From contig OZ271918.1 of assembly GCA_965602015.1 (NCBI GenBank), positions 1,760,001 to 1,824,000 of the forward strand: a DNA stretch of 64,000 bases. Direction: 5' to 3'. Shown one piece after another: positions 58,484-64,000 of this stretch (position 1 is its first letter; each line of letters opens with the position of its first letter). Both the position numbers and the translations under genes were made by a program. The notes under the pieces are model-generated. The model saw only the letters and a list, made by a program, of their open reading frames with translations, did no database searches and had not been told where the DNA came from. Source of the DNA: Salinispira sp. (GTDB taxonomy: Bacteria; Spirochaetota; Spirochaetia; DSM-27196; Salinispiraceae).

Positions 58484-60286
58484 CTACTCCGGCATTCTCC
58501 AGAGGGCCGATGACTCTGCGGGACGTAGTTCCCGGGGCAGTGACGAATATCTGTCGGCCGGGATGAGCTGTTCGACGCTTATAGTGCCGTTGACAAACTC
58601 AGCCAGGTATATGGTGCCCAAGTCATCCCTTCTGAGACGATATTGCAGGTCTCCATCCCGGTAATAATGTAGCAACTCAAATATTCCGTCGGCATTGGTA
58701 TCGTACCGCGATGCAATTATCTGGTTGCTCTCATACCGGCTCTGGTGAATCTCTCCGGCGGAGTTTCCGCTGGAAAACCTGCTTTCTACAAGATATATAT
58801 ACGGGGCGAAATCATCAATGAGAGTCTGTATATCCTCAAGTTCATTGAGAAAAAGGCCCTGATTCACCGCCGGTTCGGAATAGAGAAAAAAATCCTCGGG
58901 ACCGTTTTGTCCCTGGAGCATATCCAGAATACCGGCACGGAAGTTAAACGCAAAATCCCGGTTTTGTATGCGTACTGCAGGAAGGCGATATTGTTCTCCC
59001 GAGAGAAAATAACTGATCTCTTCGTCCCGGCCATCGCTGATCCTGGTGAGCTGGGCATGATGAACATCGGGGTAGCGCTCATACACGATTTCCAGGGTCA
59101 TGTCGGACTCGCGGATGATTAGTGCATAGGGAACCACCGTGCCGGCATCATCCCGATGGAACAAGATTTCCCGCTCCCTGATGTTATCCTGATTCCAATC
59201 GCTTCGTACAAGATGAATGGCCTGATTGAGGTACTGCACCTCAATTTCCGCATGGCCGTCCCTATCAGGATCGATGGACAGCAATGGGAAGTTCTCGAAC
59301 TGGAAGCGGAAAAACTCCTGGGAATCCGCAAGTTGCTCGAGATTCAGCTCGCGAACCGCCGAAAGCAGCATGTAATCCGTCAAAGCCAAGCCGCCTTCCA
59401 AATCAGCGAGATAGGCTCGACGCCGGGTATAGGGCAGTTCCTCAAGATAGATAAGCTCCGAAAGGGGATCGGGGTCGGGAAAACTCCGATATGCCGCAAG
59501 CATCCGCTGCCTGGCCTCCCCGACCTCCATTCCCAGTAAATACGTTAACATGGCCCGGGAAATATAGGGCAGCTCACGCTCATCCAGAAGACCCCGGTCA
59601 TAGCGTTGCCAGGCCTGGAGAAGCCAGCGGTAATCGCTGATCAACGGCAGCTCCTGAAAGATTATATTCAGTGATTTGAACCGGCGATCCTCCGGGTATC
59701 GGCTAAGCGCCCGTTGAAGAAGCCTTTCTGCGCCGGCGGAATCACCGGAGCGATACAGGCTGTGCAGCAAATCTACCAGAATATCCGAATAGTTCAGGTA
59801 GCTCATCCAGCGCCCGTCTGCAATGTACTGGGAATAAATGCTGTCGTAGCGCTTCATCTGCAACAGCAGCCCAATGTATTCCCTCTCGGCGTCGACGGCG
59901 GCGGTGTACTCCCATCGGGCAGAAATCAAGGCATTGTTCAGCTGTTCCGCGCCTTCAAGCCGACGTCCCTCGCGAACGCGTTTACGGCCCAAATGGAACA
60001 GGGCATCGCTGTTGTCCGGGTTGTATTCCAGGGCGGTTTGCAGAAGCTCCTCGGCCCGCATCGGACTATGGCCCGGTTCCCGAAGGAATTCCGCCATGAC
60101 CCGGGAAGAGATATTGCGATTCATGGCGTCATGTACATCGCTGTGTGCGTGGACAGTATCCTGAGCCATGAGCAAAGCGCTGCAAAGGAAATAAAAAACA
60201 GCTGCGGCTATATGCCGCAGCTGCCATGCATTGAGATTATCTGTTGTATTACTCGGCGCTGTCCGCTTCCCGGGATTCTTGAGCAT
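58484..60286 (-). CDS. Hypothetical exported TPR-like protein
   Basis: Signal peptide; ALEYNPDNSDA TPR-like; DxDxDG-type repeats near the C-terminus; start uncertain. Confidence 0.68.
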   Translation of the reverse strand: MLKNPGKRTAPSNTTDNLNAWQLRHIAAAVFYFLCSALLMAQDTVHAHSDVHDAMNRNISSRVMAEFLREPGHSPMRAEELLQTALEYNPDNSDALFHLGRKRVREGRRLEGAEQLNNALISARWEYTAAVDAEREYIGLLLQMKRYDSIYSQYIADGRWMSYLNYSDILVDLLHSLYRSGDSAGAERLLQRALSRYPEDRRFKSLNIIFQELPLISDYRWLLQAWQRYDRGLLDERELPYISRAMLTYLLGMEVGEARQRMLAAYRSFPDPDPLSELIYLEELPYTRRRAYLADLEGGLALTDYMLLSAVRELNLEQLADSQEFFRFQFENFPLLSIDPDRDGHAEIEVQYLNQAIHLVRSDWNQDNIREREILFHRDDAGTVVPYALIIRESDMTLEIVYERYPDVHHAQLTRISDGRDEEISYFLSGEQYRLPAVRIQNRDFAFNFRAGILDMLQGQNGPEDFFLYSEPAVNQGLFLNELEDIQTLIDDFAPYIYLVESRFSSGNSAGEIHQSRYESNQIIASRYDTNADGIFELLHYYRDGDLQYRLRRDDLGTIYLAEFVNGTISVEQLIPADRYSSLPRELRPAESSALWRMPE

Positions 60287-62168
60287 GGGTTTCCTCAGTC
60301 TTCTTGACCGGCGTTAACCCCAGTAATTCACGGACTTCTTCATCGCTCATGGTTTCTCTTTTGAGCAGCTCGTCCGCCAGGGTATCCAGTTTATCCTTAT
60401 TATCGGACAGAATCTTAAATGCTCGATCATAAGATTGGTTGAGTATTTTCCGGATCTGATCGTCGACTTGCTGTGCCAAATCCTCCGAATAGTCCTTGTG
60501 CTGAGCGAGCTCACGCCCCAAAAAGATTGGCTGGTCGTCCTGACCAAGGGAAATAGGTCCGAGCTCGCTCATGCCGTACGCGCAAACCATTTTGCGGGCG
60601 ATATCCGTGGCGGACTTCAAATCTCCAACCACCCCGTCGCTGGTGTCGTCGTATTCGAGCTTCTCGGCTATCATGCCACCGTAAGATATACAAATGCGAT
60701 CTTCGAACCAGCGCTGGGTGTGGTTGCTCCGGTCATTCTCCGGAAGGCTCCAGGTGACTCCGCCCGCCATGCCGCGGGGGATTATGGTTACCTTGTGCAG
60801 CGGGTCGGCATTCTCAAGATAGTAATGGAGAAGAGCATGCCCCCCCTCGTGATATGCCGTCATTCGGGCAGTTTCAGGAGTAACAGTCTTTGATTTTTTT
60901 GCAACGCCCATAAATACCTTGTCGCGGGCTTCTTCAAAGTCATCGCGGGTGACGTAACGGTTATTATTCCGGGCAGCCTGAAGGGCGGCTTCGTTCACCA
61001 AATTCGCAAGATCGGCACCGGATGCTCCGGGAGTTGCCCTGGCAATAATTTCCAGGTCTACCCCCCCGTCGAGGGGGACCTTTGCGGCATGTATTTTCAA
61101 GATAGCATGGCGTTCCTGAACATCGGGCATATCCACCACCACCCGCCGGTCGAATCGGCCGGGACGCAGAAGCGCAGGATCGAGAACGTCGACCCGGTTC
61201 GTGGCAGCCAAGATAATGACCCCGTCTTTTGTATCGAAACCGTCCATTTCAACGAGCATCTGGTTGAGGGTCTGCTCCCGTTCGTCGTGACCGCCGCCCA
61301 TGCCCGCACCTCGGGTTCTGCCGACGGCGTCGAGCTCGTCAATAAATATAATGCAGGGTGCGTTCTTCCGGCCCTGTTCAAAAAGGTCCCGGACCCGGCT
61401 GGCGCCGACGCCCACGAACATTTCCACAAAATCTGATCCGGACATGTGAAAGAACTTCACCCCTGCCTCGCCGGCCGTTGCCTTTGCTAGAAGGGTCTTC
61501 CCGGTGCCCGGCATACCGACAAGGAGAACGCCGGTGGGGATTTTGGCTCCCATATCTTCGAACTTCTTGGGGTTTTTCAAAAACTCGACCACTTCTTCAA
61601 GTTCGTATTTTGCCTCTTTTTGGCCGGCGACGTCGGCAAAGGTGATTTTCTTTTTATCTTCCTGATACAGCTTGGCCTTGCTCTTGCCAAAACTGAAGGC
61701 CCGATTGCCGCTTCCCTGGACCTGACGGAGCATAAACCAGATGAAAAATATGCCGATTACCCAGGGAAACAGGTTCAACAGCACAACCAGGGGGCTTACG
61801 GGGCTTTCCTCACCGTTGAGTACCACCCCATTCTGGGCGGAAATCCGTGAGATCAAATCCGGATCCGCATAGGGAATTCTGGTGGTAAAGCGCTCTTCAA
61901 CATTGTTTCTCCGCAGGCGACCCTCAATAAGCGAGTTGCCCACTATATTCACTTCCTCGACGATTCCGCTTTGGAGAAAACTGTTAAACTGGGAATAACT
62001 GATCTCCGTACCCGTTGGGGTCATATTCGGGAGAAGAAAGAGAACAAAGCTGACAAGGACGGCAATCAGCATGATTAACGCGAAACGGTTATTCCGGAAA
62101 TTGAAATTCAACGGCTGGTTAGGATCGCCGTTATTGTTTTTGTCGTTGTTTTGATTATTATCGTTCAC
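60249..62168 (-). CDS. ftsH: ATP-dependent zinc metalloprotease FtsH
   Basis: 2 [35 protein letters not shown]. Confidence 0.97.
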   Translation of the reverse strand: MNDNNQNNDKNNNGDPNQPLNFNFRNNRFALIMLIAVLVSFVLFLLPNMTPTGTEISYSQFNSFLQSGIVEEVNIVGNSLIEGRLRRNNVEERFTTRIPYADPDLISRISAQNGVVLNGEESPVSPLVVLLNLFPWVIGIFFIWFMLRQVQGSGNRAFSFGKSKAKLYQEDKKKITFADVAGQKEAKYELEEVVEFLKNPKKFEDMGAKIPTGVLLVGMPGTGKTLLAKATAGEAGVKFFHMSGSDFVEMFVGVGASRVRDLFEQGRKNAPCIIFIDELDAVGRTRGAGMGGGHDEREQTLNQMLVEMDGFDTKDGVIILAATNRVDVLDPALLRPGRFDRRVVVDMPDVQERHAILKIHAAKVPLDGGVDLEIIARATPGASGADLANLVNEAALQAARNNNRYVTRDDFEEARDKVFMGVAKKSKTVTPETARMTAYHEGGHALLHYYLENADPLHKVTIIPRGMAGGVTWSLPENDRSNHTQRWFEDRICISYGGMIAEKLEYDDTSDGVVGDLKSATDIARKMVCAYGMSELGPISLGQDDQPIFLGRELAQHKDYSEDLAQQVDDQIRKILNQSYDRAFKILSDNKDKLDTLADELLKRETMSDEEVRELLGLTPVKKTEETHAQESREADSAE

Positions 62169-63729
62169 CTGCTGTACTCCACGTTTTTTCCGAATTTATG
62201 ATGCGAATGGGCAGTTTTTCGCCGCCTGACCATAGTATTTGCCATCGCTCCAAGGCAAAATCTGGAGCAATAACAGCTGCCGGTTTTCCATCGGCAAGAA
62301 TCAGTGGCAAAAACGGCCGCATCCATTCTCCGAAGTGCTCTAATACCCCTCGGTTTCCTGTTAAAAGATACCAAAATTCTTGCCAGGAATTAAGGGAATT
62401 TTGGAACAAAAGAAACCGGCCACAGGGTACCAGGTTTATCGTTCCTACTGACCTCTTATTGCTTCCCGGGCCCTTTTGATCTTTTTCCCGTTTAACACTG
62501 ATTGCTGCTCGGGAAACCGGAGAAAGCGTCCGGACCCCTCCGGGAAACAGTGGTAGAAAGTACCCTTTTTTTATGTCATCGGCAAGGGAGAGTGCCGAGT
62601 GCAAACGGCCCGCGGCGGTGAAGAACCCGAGGCCGTATCCCGGAAGGAGGAGTCTTTTAGATGTCTCCTCTGAGGTGCATAGCTCATCAAAGGCCGCATC
62701 GAGAACTTCGGCGGGAATCCTCAGGTCCTCATACTGCGCCTCGCACTTCTGTGAAGCGGAGAAAAAACTCATTCGCCGTTGTTGAGCGGTCATACTTCTC
62801 AGCTCTTCGAGACCAATATGCATATGCCCCTGTCCGAGCACTGCTCCCGCTCTCCAGAAATTGTTGTGCCCGCCGTCAGGTGAGGAAGACACATGCCCGG
62901 GCGCGGGAGTCCCGGCATATGCGTCATATTGTGTGTTCTGGCACGAGGAGAAATACAATCGGTCTACATTGGCATCGATATTTCCAAAGTGCCGTCCCAA
63001 TTCGGGCAAAAGAGAATTGCGCACATAATTCCTGCGGAATTTCTCCTGGGAGTTGCTGGGATCCTCGTTAAAGCTCAGCCCGTTGCTTTGCTGGTACTCG
63101 ATGATATCGGCCCGTGAGAGTTGGGGCGTCGCCAGTAAAAACGGCCGCAATATGTTTCCCGAAACCGGGGCCAATGCCGTGCGCACCGGATCCTGTCCCT
63201 GCAGAAAGGACATAAGCATCTGTTCCCGGCGGTCATCCGCATGATGGGCGGTGAGGACAAGTTCCCCGGCTGCGGCGGGGAAATCAGATTGCAGAGCGTC
63301 GCGAAAAATTCGCAACCTCAGCGTACGCGCTGCAGCCTCGGTGCCTCCAAGGGCTTTTGAGTACGATAAAACCAGCCCGTGCGGGGCGCGGTACACAATG
63401 AGGGGTACGCTAAAAGAGACGCAGAGGGATGAAATCACACAAAGATCGGAAACAGAATCCCTCTCCCTTCGAATTCCATGGTCAACGTGCAGTGCCCGGA
63501 TCTCCCAGCCTTCGTTCTCAAGCTCCCGGCGGCGCATTGCGAGCATATGCAAAAGCGTCACCGAATCCCTGCCGCCGGAAAGCCCGAGCCATAGTGTTTT
63601 TTTTCCGGACAGCCGCTTGTCCCGGCGGTATGTCCGAAGGAAATTAATGAGACTTTCCGCCACCCGATCGCTGAGCGGCTTGCCGGGGTCGGGGACTTGT
63701 GCCTTACCCCTGTGATTCAACGGGTTCAC
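62158..63729 (-). CDS. tilS: tRNA(Ile)-lysidine synthetase
   Basis: LSGGRDS PP-loop, HVDHGIR, EAAAR, TAHHADD, EDPSN, RRN.VR. Confidence 0.92.
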   Translation of the reverse strand: MNPLNHRGKAQVPDPGKPLSDRVAESLINFLRTYRRDKRLSGKKTLWLGLSGGRDSVTLLHMLAMRRRELENEGWEIRALHVDHGIRRERDSVSDLCVISSLCVSFSVPLIVYRAPHGLVLSYSKALGGTEAAARTLRLRIFRDALQSDFPAAAGELVLTAHHADDRREQMLMSFLQGQDPVRTALAPVSGNILRPFLLATPQLSRADIIEYQQSNGLSFNEDPSNSQEKFRRNYVRNSLLPELGRHFGNIDANVDRLYFSSCQNTQYDAYAGTPAPGHVSSSPDGGHNNFWRAGAVLGQGHMHIGLEELRSMTAQQRRMSFFSASQKCEAQYEDLRIPAEVLDAAFDELCTSEETSKRLLLPGYGLGFFTAAGRLHSALSLADDIKKGYFLPLFPGGVRTLSPVSRAAISVKREKDQKGPGSNKRSVGTINLVPCGRFLLFQNSLNSWQEFWYLLTGNRGVLEHFGEWMRPFLPLILADGKPAAVIAPDFALERWQILWSGGEKLPIRIINSEKTWSTAGER

Positions 63730-64000
63730 CCGCGGGGCTGTGAAGATCCTGGATGACTGATTCTACATCCCTACTAAGCAAAAGGAGAAGGTGATCGGAC
63801 AGGCGGCTAATCGAGGCGTCGAGTACTTCGCGTTCGGTTTTATGAGCTTCTCCGAGCACATGGCTAATAACTTGATCCTTGGAATCCGGTCGGCCGATTC
63901 CGATATAAAGCGGCCAGAAATCCCTGTCGAGGTAGGAAACGAGGGATTTTAATCCGTTATGTCCCGCGGTTCCGCCTCTTTTCTTAAACCTGACGCTCCC
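63704..64000 (-). CDS. pth: Peptidyl-tRNA hydrolase, C-terminal part (enters from the window edge)
   Basis: Manual translation GSVRFKKRGGTAGHNGLKSL..LYIGIGRP..VISHVL; not in the ORF track. Confidence 0.92.
   Translation of the reverse strand, partial: GSVRFKKRGGTAGHNGLKSLVSYLDRDFWPLYIGIGRPDSKDQVISHVLGEAHKTEREVLDASISRLSDHLLLLLSRDVESVIQDLHSPAGEPVESQG

Overview
Chromosomal window of a moderately GC-rich bacterium, most likely a free-living spirochaete (Spirochaetaceae-like). This is inferred from the pth-tilS-ftsH order, spirochaete-type lipoprotein signal peptides, multi-TM MCP/kinases and acidic exported proteins; it is not proven. Left part (1-33 kb): partial Ser/Thr kinase, acyl-ACP thioesterase, perR-dps with a shared palindromic operator, signalling genes, pckA, a YtrA-type ABC operon, katG, and a TrmB/GH13 maltodextrin cluster. 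At 33.2-37.0 kb is the best candidate for an undescribed system: a tightly coupled operon of a SiaB/Slr1658-like kinase, a SiaC/Slr1659-like STAS protein, a PhcB-like SAM methyltransferase and a membrane-sensor PP2C phosphatase. It looks like a signal synthase wired to a partner-switching relay. At 40.5-46.0 kb is an integrase-less accessory islet beside tRNA-Pro (EFR1 ferredoxin, Pro-less Fpg/Nei, WYL regulator with operators). It is bounded by an 8-copy 43-bp tandem array and by a duplicated tRNA 3' end into which the same 28-bp palindromic core is cleanly inserted. Right part: tRNA-Pro/tRNA-Asp, PpiD-like chaperone, Maf/MptE, lepA, a partly degenerate CheB/Hpt/kinase cluster and the pth-tilS-ftsH-hyp-htrA operon. 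Two small ORFs and two edge-truncated genes absent from the ORF track were found by manual translation. All family calls come from motif recognition; no database searches were run.
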